From NCBI RefSeq assembly GCF_009914755.1, contig NC_060944.1: a stretch of DNA of 64,000 nucleotides. One strand, given 5' to 3'. Shown here piece by piece: positions 38,259 through 64,000 of this stretch. The notes below the pieces were generated by a model. It worked only from the letters and a program-made list of their open reading frames with translations, did not search any database and was not told the DNA's origin. The first letter of the stretch is position 1. The number at the start of each line of letters is the position of its first letter. The translations under genes and the position numbers were made by a program. This stretch comes from the human T2T-CHM13v2.0 reference genome, Homo sapiens.

Positions 38259-39939
38259 GAACATGGCAGACATTTCTTTTCCTTTCACATAGGTATAGGG
38301 GACCAGAGTTAGTGTGGCAGAATCCACAATCACCAGGCCCCTTCTATCTGGTCACTCCACCATCTGGTCGGTCAACCAACAGGTGGCTTCCACCTCAGGG
38401 CCCAAGAAGGTTGCTCATGCTGCAGCCGTTTTGTCATATTCCAGCCAGCAGGAAGGGGCAAAGAAGGCAACACTTCCCTGCTTTGATCCCACTGGTTAGA
38501 ACTTGGTCTTAGTCACATGGCACTCTCTGCTGTACAGGAGGCTGGAGAATGCAGTTGTCCTCTGCGGAGACCAACTTAAAAGCTGGGGTTCTATTAATAA
38601 TAAGAAAGGAAAATGATATTATTAATAGTTGATACTCGGAAGCTTCTGCCACACACATGGCAGGCACGAGTCCTTCTTTTTGGCCTCCAGTGTATGAACT
38701 GCTTTCCTAGGCTCTCTAGCCATTGTGGTGTTCCTGAGAGTTCCCCAATTATTTCCCTAGTAGATTACTTGTTTCTTGCCTGTCATCGTGAGCCCTCATA
38801 GTGAATGGCATAGGGGACAAGATCAGAAATGCCTGATCAACAATAACGGTGAGCATTTATTGAGCACGTACTGCACGCCAGGCCATGTTATAACCTTACT
38901 TCAGCCTCCCGAGTAGCTGGGATTACAGGCATGCGCCACCACGCCTGGCTAACTTTGTATTTTTAGTAGAGACGGGGTTTCTCCATGTTGGTCAGGCTGG
39001 TCTCGAACTCCCAACCTCCGGTGACCCGCTCGCTTCGGCCTCCCAAAGTGCTGGGATTACAGGCCTGAGAGCCACCGCACCCGGCCGGACCTGGTTCATT
39101 TTAAAATTGTTGTCTTAATCTTAGTTGCTTAACTGCTTGCAATTCTGTGTGTTGGCTGGTGGTTCCTCTGTGGGCTTCCCCTGGGCTTGTGCATGCGGCT
39201 GCTTCTGGCTTTCAGCTGTGCTGGCTGGGCTAAGGTGGCCTCATTCATGGTGACATGGGATTCAGATGGGATCCAGATGGGATTCAGATAGCAGCTGATT
39301 GTTGGCTGGGGCACCTCTGTACTGCATCTGGGCTCTCATCATCCAGAAGGTTAGACTGGCTTCTGTACGTGGTGTTTTCAGCACAGCATCCAGGAGCCCT
39401 AGGCCCAGATGTCCCATAAAGTCTCTTTCTCCCATTTATTCTATCTCAAAGCAAGTCAAACACCAGCCCAGGGCTTCCAGGAAACTGCTCCTCGCTCCTT
39501 GTTGGCCCACAGACTTCATTTGTACTCACTAGCAGAGGGATAAGATTACTCTTTGACTCATCCGGCCCTCCCAGGCAGGGCAGGGAATGGGGTCACTTAC
39601 CTAAGGCACCTGGGTTGCCTGGGGAAGGGGGCAAGTGCAGGGAGAGGGTGGTTACAGAGGGACACAATAGACAATAGGACCATCACCACCCACTGTTTAT
39701 GTTCGGTGGAATTTCTTTCCAGGCATTTTACAAATATACGCAAGAGATCTTCCTGCCTGCCACACTTATACTGAGAACCTTTTTCTGGAAGCCTCTTGGG
39801 ACTGTGCCCTAATTGTGTCTAGATCCAGGGCACAATCATACAATGATGTTTTTCCTTTTCCTGGGAGCAGGTGGGAATGACAGATTAAAACTTGCTTTAA
39901 AAACTAGAACAAAACATAGGTGAGTTTCTAAAAAAATGC

Positions 39940-41096
<1,157 letters not shown>

Positions 41097-41132
41097 ATCC
41101 TCCTCATCCTCATAGGCTCTGTACAGTTACAG

Positions 41133-41352
41133 CAATGGTTCTCAGTTGGGGGTGATTTTGACTCCCAGGGGACATTTGGCAATGTCTGGAGAAATTTTTG
41201 GTTGTCACAACTGGAGGTGGTGATTTACTGGCATCTATTGGGTAGAAGCCACGGATGCTGCTAAACATCCTACAGAGGACGGTTCCCCCGCTGCCTGACA
41301 ACAAAGAATGACCCAGTCCAGGATGTCAATGGGGCCAAGGTTAGAAATCCTG
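41133..41352 (+). mobile_element. MER20 (hAT-Charlie)
   Basis: caatggttctca...ggggacatttggcaatgtctggaga...ggatgctgctaaacatcctaca signature. Confidence 0.88.
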
Positions 41353-41689
41353 ACCTGTAAGTAAACTGAAGAGGCATGCCTTTTTCTGTTGCAATGGAGC
41401 TCCCGTGGATCTACAATTCACCCCAGCAATTCCATTTCCCCCCACCTATGTCACAAAATCCCACCTCTGTAGGCACAGGGAGGTCCAGCCAAGTGTGTTT
41501 AGGATCGCTGGAAACTGGAACCAACCTGCATGCCCGTTAGGAGGAGACAGATCAAGCACGTAGTCACGCTGCGCTGTGTTGCTTCCCTCCGCTTCTTTTG
41601 CTCCTGGGTAAATAGGGCGGGGGAGGTGAGATTGGAAGGATGCCAGGAATCTTGGGCCCAGCTGCTGCTTTATGACTTAGGGATATAAC

Positions 41690-41929
41690 TGCTTCTGACT
41701 CATGCGTGCTTGGCTCTTTGTGATTATGTGCTGAGACACGTCAGCGGGAGGCTGCCCCGGAATGTCTCCCCATGCGAATCGAGGGTGGGGCCTCTGCTGA
41801 GTCACCTCTGGCTCCTAGAAGCCTGGCTCAGGGTCAGCTCATTTGAAAAGCGGCTGCCCTTTCTTCTTTTCTCTTCTCTTCTCTTTTTTTTTCTCTCTCT
41901 CTTTCATTCACATTATAGCTTGAGTCAGA

Positions 41930-41930
<1 letters not shown>
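41690..41930. promoter_or_regulatory. Candidate enhancer: three AP-1 sites including a perfect ARE/MARE
   Basis: TGACTCA 41696-41702, TGCTGAGTCAC 41795-41805, TGAGTCA 41921-41927 in mostly unique sequence. Confidence 0.6.
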
Positions 41931-44002
<2,072 letters not shown>

Positions 44003-44239
44003 TGAGAGAGGAAAACAAACTACTTTTTGACTAGGAGGCAGTTGTTATTTGAACCTTTCTTACAGCATGGAGCCTGTATCCCACCATTGTAGTTTGTCTA
44101 ATGAATAAATGGATGATTGAATAACCAAAGAAGCAGTCAGATCCAGGCCCCCATACAGATTCATGCACAAAGACTCTGCCTTAGCCTAGGTGGGAGCAAC
44201 GTCCAGGTGCAGTAGAAATATTCATGGCTGGAGGCTAGT

Positions 44240-46172
<1,933 letters not shown>

Positions 46173-46648
46173 AATTTCAGGTATTTATGACACTACAAAC
46201 GAAAATAAAGCAGGAGGCGTGCTGGTGTGGGTGGAGGCATTGTTACAAGTGGGGTGTGTGAGGAGGGCATCTCTGAGGAGGCTTGAGCAGAGCCAGAGGA
46301 GCCGTGTCGTGTGTGTGTATGGAATGCATGAGAAATGCTAGTGGAAGAGCCTCACACATAGGAAAGGGCCAATAAATGGTGGGTCATCATCTTATTACAC
46401 ACAGCAGAGGGAACGAAAGGAAGAGGGATTGGAATCCGTTTCCCAGGGTCTGCGGCAGTCACAGAGAGTGACAGAAGATTCCCTGGGCTGGCAGGTGGAG
46501 CAGCAGCCCTGCTCATGGTGTGGGGGGTGGGGAGCCCTGGACCTGAGGAGACCCAGCTCTGGGTGGCCTTGGGTGAGCCACTCTCTGGGCCTCAGTTTCC
46601 TCATTTGGAAAACAGGGCCGATAATGCCCACCTTGTGAAACTGGGGGG

Positions 46649-47310
46649 TGTCACAGGCTGAATGATGACCTCCTCCAAATAATTATGTTGAGATTCTAAC
46701 CCCCAGTACCTCAGAATGTTACTGTATTTGGAAATAAGGCCTTTAAAGGGGTAATTAAGTGGCCAGGCACAGCGGCTCACGCCTGTAATCCCAGCACTTT
46801 GGGAGGTGGAGGTGGGCAGATTACTTGAGGTCAGGAATTCGAGACCAGCCTGGCCAACATGGTGAAACCCTATCTCTAGGAAAAATACAAAAATTAGCTG
46901 GGCATGGTGGTGAACATCTGTAATCCTAGCTACCCGGCAGGCTGAGGCAGGAGAATTGCTGGAAGCCGGGAGGCGGGAGTTGCAGTGAGCCGAGATCCCG
47001 CCACTGCACTCCAGCCTGGGTCACAGAGTGAAGCTCCCTCTTGAAAAAAAAAAAAAGGTAATTAAGTAAAAATGAGGTCATTAGGGTGGACCCTAATCCA
47101 ATATAATTGTTGTCTTCATAGGAAGAGGAAATGTGGACACAGACACAAACAGAGGGAGGGCCATGTGAGCCCAGAGCAAGAAGGCGGCCATCTACAAGCC
47201 CCGGAGCGAGGCTGCGGGAGAAGCCAGCCCCGCTCACACCTTGACAACAATCTCTGTTGATTAAACCACACAGTCTGCAGTCCTCTATTACGGTGAGCCC
47301 TGCCAGCTGA
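46649..47310 (+). mobile_element. MLT1B-like MaLR LTR interrupted by an Alu (46760-47057)
   Basis: ctaacccccagtacctcagaatg...atttggaaataaggcctttaaag...aaaatgaggtcattagggtggaccctaatccaat; Alu TSD GGTAATTAAGT. Confidence 0.82.
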
Positions 47311-47619
47311 GATGGGGTTGACGTGGGAATACAGCTGGGCACACAGGAGGCCCTCAGTGGAGGCTGGTTTCTTTGGCCCAGTGCCACATGGAGCCCGTCC
47401 ACTGGCTGAGCTGGGGGCCTGATTGTGGCCACTCAACGTCTCTGTAAAGCTCAGGGTCTGCCTTGAGATCCTGCACTTACCACGGAGTGGCCCTGCCTTG
47501 GGGACCCATCTCACCTCACTTCTGCCCTCCTTTCTGGTTCATGACTCAGCCATCCACTAACCTCCCGTGGTAGCACTGTGGCCACTCTGTAAACGACAGC
47601 ACCACTGGTGTCTCATTGG

Positions 47620-48258
47620 GGGCCAGTCTGGAAGAGGGAGACCACCCTAGGCATTTCAGACAGAAGGGATGGAATACAGGCATTGCTTACACAGAGGACG
47701 GACGAGCCGAGATGCAGAAAGGCCAGGTGAAGCATTGGCCACAGCTGGAGGCGCTCCACCCTAGGCCAGCGGGACAGAAGGAAGCTGGGTCCGAGAAGCC
47801 AGGGCTTGGAGCCACAGTGGGGGCTGCCTGGTAGGAGTTGACCAGGGAGGGAGGGTCTGTCGGGCGGGGGCGGGGGCTCTTTGCCTTCCGATCCAAGCTC
47901 CGCCCTCTGCAGCTCTGCTCTGTGTATCCCAGAGCTGACCCTGCGGCGCCTTTCCCAGGCTCGCGTCCGGTGAGTTCCTATTGGCCAACGGGAGGCCCCG
48001 GTCGGGGAGCGCCCCGGGACAGGCCCCTGTGCCTCCCGCTTTGCGGAGTGACGCAGGCCCTGGGCTACAGCAACCTTACCAGCCCCTCCAGCTTAGAGGT
48101 GGCAGTGGCTCTCTGCGGCTGCGATTTCTTTCTCGGAGCGTCCTCCCCATCCCGTTCGGCCTCTGCCTCCACCGTCGTCTCTGTAACCCGTTCCCTGTGG
48201 GAGAGTCTCTGTTGCGGTGTTCAGGGGTTTCGGTTTTCTGGCTGAACAGTGATTAACG
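47620..48258 (+). mobile_element. ERVL-class solo LTR (LTR41-like), unusually CpG-rich; candidate promoter
   Basis: 5' gggagaccaccctaggcatttcagacaga and 3' ctgtaacccgttccctg...ggttttctggctgaacagtga resemble LTR41/LTR33-type ends; internal GC boxes and CCAAT. Confidence 0.6.
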
Positions 48259-48439
48259 CGAGGGAAGGCGCTGACGGCAAGGTGGCAGGTGACCAGCCCA
48301 GCAGGCCGCCCAGCCCTTCCCTTCCTACAGACAGAAGCACTGAGGCCTGCAGAGGGGACAGGCAGGTGGGCGTGGGGGATCGGGGGCAGCCCTGGAGTCA
48401 GACAGGCCTTGTTTTGTCCCAGGAAGAACATTCCAACAC

Positions 48440-51521
<3,082 letters not shown>

Positions 51522-52321
51522 TCAAATTAGTCCCCCCATCCCCTACAACCTACTCTCAAGCCAAAGTCCCAGAGACATCCTCACACCAGCCCTAGAGGGT
51601 GCAAGGAGGTGGCAGCTCACCTTATCTGTGGTGGGGCAGGTTGGGGGTCACTTGGGTGTCTACCCCAGGGACTGGGCGGCTGAGACTGGGGACTGCTCAT
51701 AGAAAGGACCGTGGATGAGCCACAGCTACAAAACCCTTCACACAAGTGTTCATGCCACAAAGTAGCCACATGTGTTTTGCAGGGACACATTCCAGCAAAA
51801 AGACACAAAGTGACAGAATGGCTGCCTTTGAGTGGGGGTGAGAAGAGGTGGATGGCAGGTACCAGAAGAGAAGGGAATAAATATATGAAGAAATACAACC
51901 CCCTCGGGCAGTGCCTGGCACAGCATAAATGCCCAGGAAAAAGAGGCCCAGTTGCTTACGTTCCCGGCGACAGGGCCGGGACCAGCGCCGGCTTCCTGGT
52001 GAAGGAGGCCACCCTTTCCTCTTGAGGGGTCTGAGTATGCATGTCAGCACCCGGTGGGCACCCAGCACCCAGCTGACCAGGGGCCTTCACCTCTGTGGGG
52101 GTTACCGGCCTGGCCCTGAGAACTGGATGAAAGCTGGAATAATTCTTTCTGTAATAAAGCAAACGCAACCACGTTCAACCTTTCCCTTCATTTCAGAGGC
52201 TTCCCGCACCTGATGCCTCCCACAGCCTCAGGCTGAGTCCCCAGGTGCTCCAGTGGGGGTGGCAAAGCTGAGCACTGAGTTGGTTTCCATAGTTTTCATC
52301 ATTAAAATGTTTAAATGACTA

Positions 52322-53662
<1,341 letters not shown>

Positions 53663-53727
53663 ACTTTTGATTACTTTTGACAAATGCATCCACCTGCACT
53701 GCCCAAACTCCCTCCAAGATGTTAAAC

Positions 53728-54165
53728 ATGCAGTGGGTTGAATTGTGTCCCCCAAGAAGATATGTTCAAGTCCTAACCCCTGGGACCTGTGAATGTGACC
53801 TTATTTGGAAATAGGGGCTTGCAGATGAACCCAACTTAAGATGAGATCATTCTGGATTGTGGGGGCTCTAAATCCAATGACTGGTGTTTATATAAGAGAA
53901 AGGAGAGGGAGATTTGGAGGTGAACACACAGAGGGAAGAAGGCACTGGAAGAAGGCCGTTGGAAGATTAAGGCAGAGATTGGGGTGAGGCAGCTAGAGCC
54001 AAGGAACATGGTGGATGGCGGGCAAGCACCATGGAAGAGGCAAGGAGGGATTCTTCCCCAGAGCCTCCAGAGGGAGCAGGACCCTGGTTTCAGGGGAGAA
54101 TAAATTTCTGTTGTTTTGGGTTTGTGGTATCTTATCATGGCGGCCTTAGGAAACTCACACGAAAC
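53728..54165 (+). mobile_element. MLT1C-like MaLR LTR
   Basis: gggttgaattgtgtccccc...gtgaatgtgaccttatttggaaatagg...ataaatttctgttgtttt. Confidence 0.85.
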
Positions 54166-54436
54166 ACACACCATCACCCCAGCGAGCACCCTTGTCCCCT
54201 CCTCAGTTGTGCTCTCCCCCAACTGGCAACCACCGTGCTGATATTTTCCTCATGGGTGAGTTCTGCCTGTTCTAGAGCTCTAAACAGATGGGATCACACA
54301 GGAAGTTCTTGGCATCTGGCATCTTTCACTCAAACAAGATTTCAGAGATTGTTGCAGCTATCAGTGCTGGCACGCCTATAATTAAAGTCCATTTACTTGA
54401 AGAGGAAGTAAATTTTGAATTTGAGGAGGGGAGTAG

Positions 54437-54775
<339 letters not shown>

Positions 54776-54897
54776 GTAAGCTTTCTCTTTAAAGCTGGGC
54801 TTGAGGCCCCCTCTCCCGGGGGTCTCTGGCCCTCAGGAACCCCAGTCTGAAGCTGTTTCCCAGTTCAGAGGTTGCAGAGATCGGAGGCGGGGCTCCC

Positions 54898-54929
54898 GCG
54901 CCACCTTGTGGCCATTCTAGGCAGCGCAA
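54898..54929 (-). promoter_or_regulatory. CTCF motif, reverse orientation
   Basis: Minus strand reads TTGCGCTGCC-TAGAATGG-CCACAAGGTGGCGC: core close to CCASYAGRKGGCRS with a partial upstream module. Confidence 0.7.
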
Positions 54930-55377
54930 CCCATGATGCCTGTGGCGGGGCGTGGGGGTGGGGTGGGGTGGGTTGGGGAAGGTGGGTTGGGCAAATGTGT
55001 ATTTTCCTGGTTTGGGCCCTCAAGTCACTGAGCACCTACTCAGCACCTGCATGATTCCACTGTATGTGTGTGTGGACAGAGATGACCAAGATTGCGCAGA
55101 CCCTAGAGGGGTTCCCAGGAGAGGGAGACTACACAACACTAACTCCAGTAGGGTGGATGGAGTGAGGCCCAGAGGCCTGAAGTCCAGCTGGAGCCTGGAG
55201 GAGGGGAGAGTAACGGACTTGGGCATTCAGGGAACGTTTCCCTGGGCATTTCGACAGCTGGGGATGGAAAGGAAGACTGTTACAGGCAGGGGAACAGCAC
55301 AACCAAGGTGTGGAAGCAGGACCGGGCAACATTCTGGACCCAACCAATCATAAGGTCATACGTGTCCATGGCAAACA

Positions 55378-56771
<1,394 letters not shown>

Positions 56772-57051
56772 GGCATTACTATATAATCCAGTAACCCCAC
56801 CACTGGGTATATATCCCATGGAAATGAATCTAGTGTGTTGAAGAAATATCTGCGCTTGCACATATCCTATGGAAATGAATCTAGTATGTTGAAGAAATAT
56901 CTGCGCTTGCACGGTTATTGCAGCGTTATTCACTAAGTTTTGAGGTGCAGTGTTACATGGTGGCAGCCAGAACCCCCGGCCCTGGGCTACTACTGTTGCT
57001 GGTTTCTTATGACCCTTCCAGCATGAGCCTCTGCATCCTCAAATACATGAA

Positions 57052-57200
57052 GCTGGGTGCGGTGGCGCACGTCTGCAGTCCCAGCTACTCAGGAGGCTGA
57101 GGTGGGAGGATCGCCAGACCCAGGAATTTGTGTGCTATGATCTCCCTGTGAACAGCCACTGCAGTCCAGCCTGGGTGATACAGTGAGACCCTGTTTCTAA
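57052..57200 (+). mobile_element. FAM / 7SL-derived fossil Alu monomer
   Basis: Retains the gtgctatgatc...cctgtgaacagccactgca segment found in 7SL/FAM but not in dimeric Alu. Confidence 0.75.
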
Positions 57201-57344
57201 ACAGATAAACAAACCAAAAAGAATACGTGAGTACATTTCCACTCCTCCCCTCATTTATGTGGGGTTCGCACACCACACATCCGGCCTGCTCTTGGCTTTT
57301 ATTTTTTTTCCAATTAATGATAGATCTTGGAGATTGTTCTAGAT

Positions 57345-57976
<632 letters not shown>

Positions 57977-58165
57977 CTAAGTCCTCTCCCATGGAGCTAC
58001 CTCATTCTTCTTAGTGTTCTTTGGTAATGACAGCCACTGACGTTACCTCACAAGCTTTTGCTATTGCAAAGCATTTGCTGTTCTCCATTTTTCTTTAAGC
58101 AAATGTGAGTGTCTTGGTGGCATAAATGCCTTGCATTTCTGGGTCCAGTGACATTTCCCATTTTG

Positions 58166-58543
58166 TTTTTTTCCTTTTTTTATATTTTGTTTTATTATTT
58201 TTTAAATTATACTTTAAGTTTTAGGGTACATGTGCACAATGTGCAGGTTAGTTACATATGTATACATGTGCCATGTTGGTGTGCTGCACCCAGTAACTCG
58301 TCATTTAACATTAGGTATATCTCCAAATGCTATCCCTACCCCCTTCCCCCACCCCACAACAGGCCCCGGTGTGTGATGTTCCCCTTCCTGTGTCCATGTG
58401 TTCTCATTGTTCAATTTCCACCTATGAGTGAGAATATGCCGTGTTTGGTTTTTTTTGTCCTTGCGATAGTTTGCTGAGAATGATGGTTTCCAGCTTCATC
58501 CATGTCACTACAAAGGACATGAACTCTCATTTTTTATGGCTGC
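58166..58543 (-). mobile_element. 5'-truncated young primate L1PA 3' end with 16-bp TSD
   Basis: ttatactttaagttttagggtacatgtgcac... L1PA 3' UTR; GACATTTCCCATTTTG at 58150-58165 and 58544-58559. Confidence 0.93.
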
Positions 58544-58822
58544 GACATTTCCCATTTTGATGGGCATGGCCAGATTAGAACTGGAGGTTACGCCACTTCG
58601 CACAAAGACTGAAGCTGTAAGAGTGCCTGTTTTTCCACACCATCAACACTGCGTGTCATTCACATTTTAAAAACGTTTTAGCTAATGGCAAAGGTTTTCA
58701 AGACAAACGTGACTTTACCAGGCCCCTGCCCTGCCTGTTGCCTCTCAAGTCACAATGCCAGTGGACATCTTTCTCTGTCCACAGGTGAAGATCCATCTTT
58801 TGTTTGTTTGTTAGAAATGAGA

Positions 58823-61092
<2,270 letters not shown>

Positions 61093-61304
61093 AGCCCCCA
61101 CTATTTCTATGACACAAATTCCTGCTACTCTCCGTCATCACCACAACTACGTGCTCCTACCTCAGGGCCTTTGCACTTGCTGTTCCCTTTGTGTGGTCCA
61201 AGGTCCCCCAGATACCTGCTTCACCACATTCAGGTTTTTGCTTAAATGTCACCTCAGTGAGGTCTTCCCTGACTACTCTAACATAAAGTTAAAATCAACT
61301 CCCC

Positions 61305-61520
<216 letters not shown>

Positions 61521-61901
61521 ACAAAAAATCAAATCTCCCAGAACTCCTGCTCTGCTCCCCTGCTGTATTTTCCTCCATAGTGCTGACCAGAATCTAATAC
61601 AATCTATACTTTAATCATTGATCTTGTTTAGTGCTTGTCTTCCCCCAGGAGAATTTCAGCTCCACGAGAACAGGAATTGCTTGTCTTGTCCATGAATGTG
61701 TCTTTAGGGCCAGAATTACAGCATGTGCCAAGGAACATTCGATAAATGTGAAGGTTGAGCACTGTTTTCTGTTCGTTGGACACTCTGGTTCCTCTCGGCG
61801 GCCTGCTGATGCCCTGTGTGCATCTATCACATCCATGGCACCGGCCTTTCCTGATCCCAGAGCAAGGGCGCCCAGCGGATCTTCACGCATGTGAATGGCT
61901 C

Positions 61902-61933
61902 CTGCAGTCCCAGAACCTGCCACCTGGGGGCAG
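61902..61933 (+). promoter_or_regulatory. Extended CTCF motif, forward orientation
   Basis: CTGCAGTCCC + 8 nt + CCACCTGGGGGCAG: upstream (ZF9-11) module plus core. Confidence 0.75.
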
Positions 61934-63544
61934 TATATACTCAGGCAAGTTTCACTACCGGTCCTGAGCACCTCCCGTCTCCAAAATCCTGGATCTCAGA
62001 ACCTCGGAGCCTGGCAGCCCTTGGGGATCTATCTCTGCCAGCCCCACTTGGCAGATGGGGAAACTGAGGCCTCAGAGAGGAGGCATGATGGGGAAAATCT
62101 CAAACATTGGAATCAGGGAATCTGGCTTTTAAGTCTGGCTCTTGTACCCATTCACAAGGGTACAAGGGGGATTTGGAGGGGGAAGTAGGAAGTTCTAATC
62201 CTCTTCGGGCCTCAGTTTCCCCATCTGCCTGCTTTGTGGGGTGAAAGGGACATCTGATTAACTCTAATGTGTCGGGGAAGGCCAGCAGTGAGGGGTAACA
62301 GCAGGCCCAGAATCCCAGATAGAATATTATCACCTCATTTTATATACCAGGGACTGAGGCCCAGAGGGGACACCAGACACGGCCGGAGAGCCACAGCATG
62401 GAAGGCACAGGGCAGCATGAAAGGCCATCCCCCTGCCATCCCCCTGCCCCACGCCCACTAGAGACACCCCCCCATTCATGTTCTGATGGTTCACCTCTCC
62501 GCCATATTTTCCCACCTGCTGGCTGATTTCTAAGCCCTTTTGCAGAACACTCTCTGTCAAAGCAGCCACGTGGATCTCCCCTTGGCAAATCGCCTCAGTT
62601 TTCTCCTCTTGAAAATGGGATAGGGAAAAGCTGCAGAGATGGGGAGGAGGAATTGTGAAAAGCAGTTTGGGGGCAGAGGAGGACGTGTGTCCCAGGTAGG
62701 AAAGTGCCTGTTCCCTCCCCGCCCCCGCCTGGCTCCTGCCCACCACCATGTGGCCACGTGGGCCCAGCCCACAGCTTCAGGTTTTAAAAGAGGAGCTGGA
62801 AATTTGAATTTTGATGTGAAATCTCCTGATTTTTAAATGTTGGCAATAAATTCACTTAAACACACACACATCAAGCAAAACGCTATGGGGTCAAATTGAA
62901 CACATCTGTGGTCTCGATTTGGCCACTGGCTGCCAGTTTGAGATCCTTTCCGGCTCTAGGTTCTGAGGGCAGGTGACTGGGAGAGGTGGCGCCAGGGGGA
63001 TCCTGGTTTCCTGTGCCCACACAGCCACTCACGTACTCTGGGCCTCTGGGCCGTGGTGGTTCAAGCTCCCACCATCCCCACTTCTTGGGGAAAGGCTGAA
63101 CAGTACTGGGGTGGGGGTGGGGGAGCAGCAGGCGGGGCCTGTTGAGCAAGAGCCTTGTAAAAACAAGGGCTTACGTCATCCTAGCTTGCAGCTTCCCTGC
63201 AGGACACCTGGGTCGGCACCGGGGTGGGACCTGCGCTGAGAAGGGATGGGTCATCCCCAGCAGGGGGTGGAGGGTGGGGAAGGGTGGCAAGCATGTTCCA
63301 CCCCAGAGGCCAGAGGGCCTAGACCCCTGCTGGGGCTGAGTCTGGTCTTTGGGGGCTGGCCTGCAAGGTCCGAGTAACACCTTAACGCACTGTGTGACCC
63401 CAGGTCTACCCTTCTCTGTGCCTCAGTTCTTCTATCCAGAAGATGGGACTCACATTGCCAGGCCTGTTATGACAAACCCAAGAGGGAAAGTCAGACTGGA
63501 AAGATTTTATTCCTTCTCATCCTTTCATGTGACCTGGAGCAGAC

Positions 63545-63830
63545 ACACTTAGCTCTTCTGGGCCTCAGTTTCCTCATCTATAAAGTGGAGATAATGATAA
63601 GACTGTGGCCTGGCGCAGCGGCTCACACCTGTAATCTCAGCACTTTGGGAGGCTGAGGCAAGAGGGCCACTTGAGGCCAGGCGTTCGAGAAAAGCCTGAG
63701 CAACAGAGTGAGACATATCCATCTCTACAAAACATTGAAAAATATGAAAAAAGAAGAAGAAAAAAGACCTGCCTCCTACAAATTATCAGTAGGATTAAAT
63801 GAGTTAATACATGCAAAGAGCTTGGAATGT
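63545..63830 (+). mobile_element. MIR interrupted by an Alu monomer (63607-63770)
   Basis: ggcctcagtttcctcatctataaagtggagataat ... ggattaaatgagttaatacatgcaaag. Confidence 0.8.
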
Positions 63831-64000
63831 GGTTCAGAGAAGGTGGAAGTTTGGCCTAAGAACACACAGCAAATCCTCCAATTAGCTTCAGTTCCCCCAT
63901 ATCTCCCTGCATCTCTTCAGAATCCAGAAAGGGAACGTGGGCGAGTGCTTTGGTTCAGAGAGGGGAGCCATTTTGCCTAAGGTCACACAGCCCAGCTAAC

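Noticed and set aside
57052-57200. Possible 7SL RNA gene
   Set aside because: Lacks the S domain and is diverged; consistent with a fossil Alu monomer

Overview
This is GC-rich, extremely Alu-dense primate DNA, almost certainly human chr20q13.13. Positions ~1-29,500 hold the whole coding region of PEDS1 (TMEM189/Kua, plasmanylethanolamine desaturase 1) on the minus strand. I reconstructed six coding exons with canonical GT-AG junctions (29309-29429, 19291-19410, 6639-6730, 5329-5473, 3758-3970, 848-969; 813 nt = 270 aa + TAA). There is a CpG-island promoter at ~29.2-30.1 kb, and the 3' UTR runs off the left edge. Positions ~30-64 kb are non-coding and dominated by Alu, L1, L2/MIR, MaLR/ERVL LTR and MER elements. 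They also contain a few candidate regulatory islands: an AP-1/ARE cluster at 41.7-41.9 kb, a CpG-rich LTR promoter candidate at 47.6-48.3 kb, and a divergent pair of extended CTCF motifs at 54.9 and 61.9 kb. From memory, UBE2V1 lies to the left and CEBPB just to the right, but neither is visible here. Almost all ORFs in the supplied track are repeat-derived or chance ORFs. I found no new protein-coding system. The best lead is inferential: exons 3-5 form an Alu-bracketed, phase-symmetric 450-nt block that would circularise into a stop-free reading frame. Repeat boundaries and subfamily calls are by eye and approximate.
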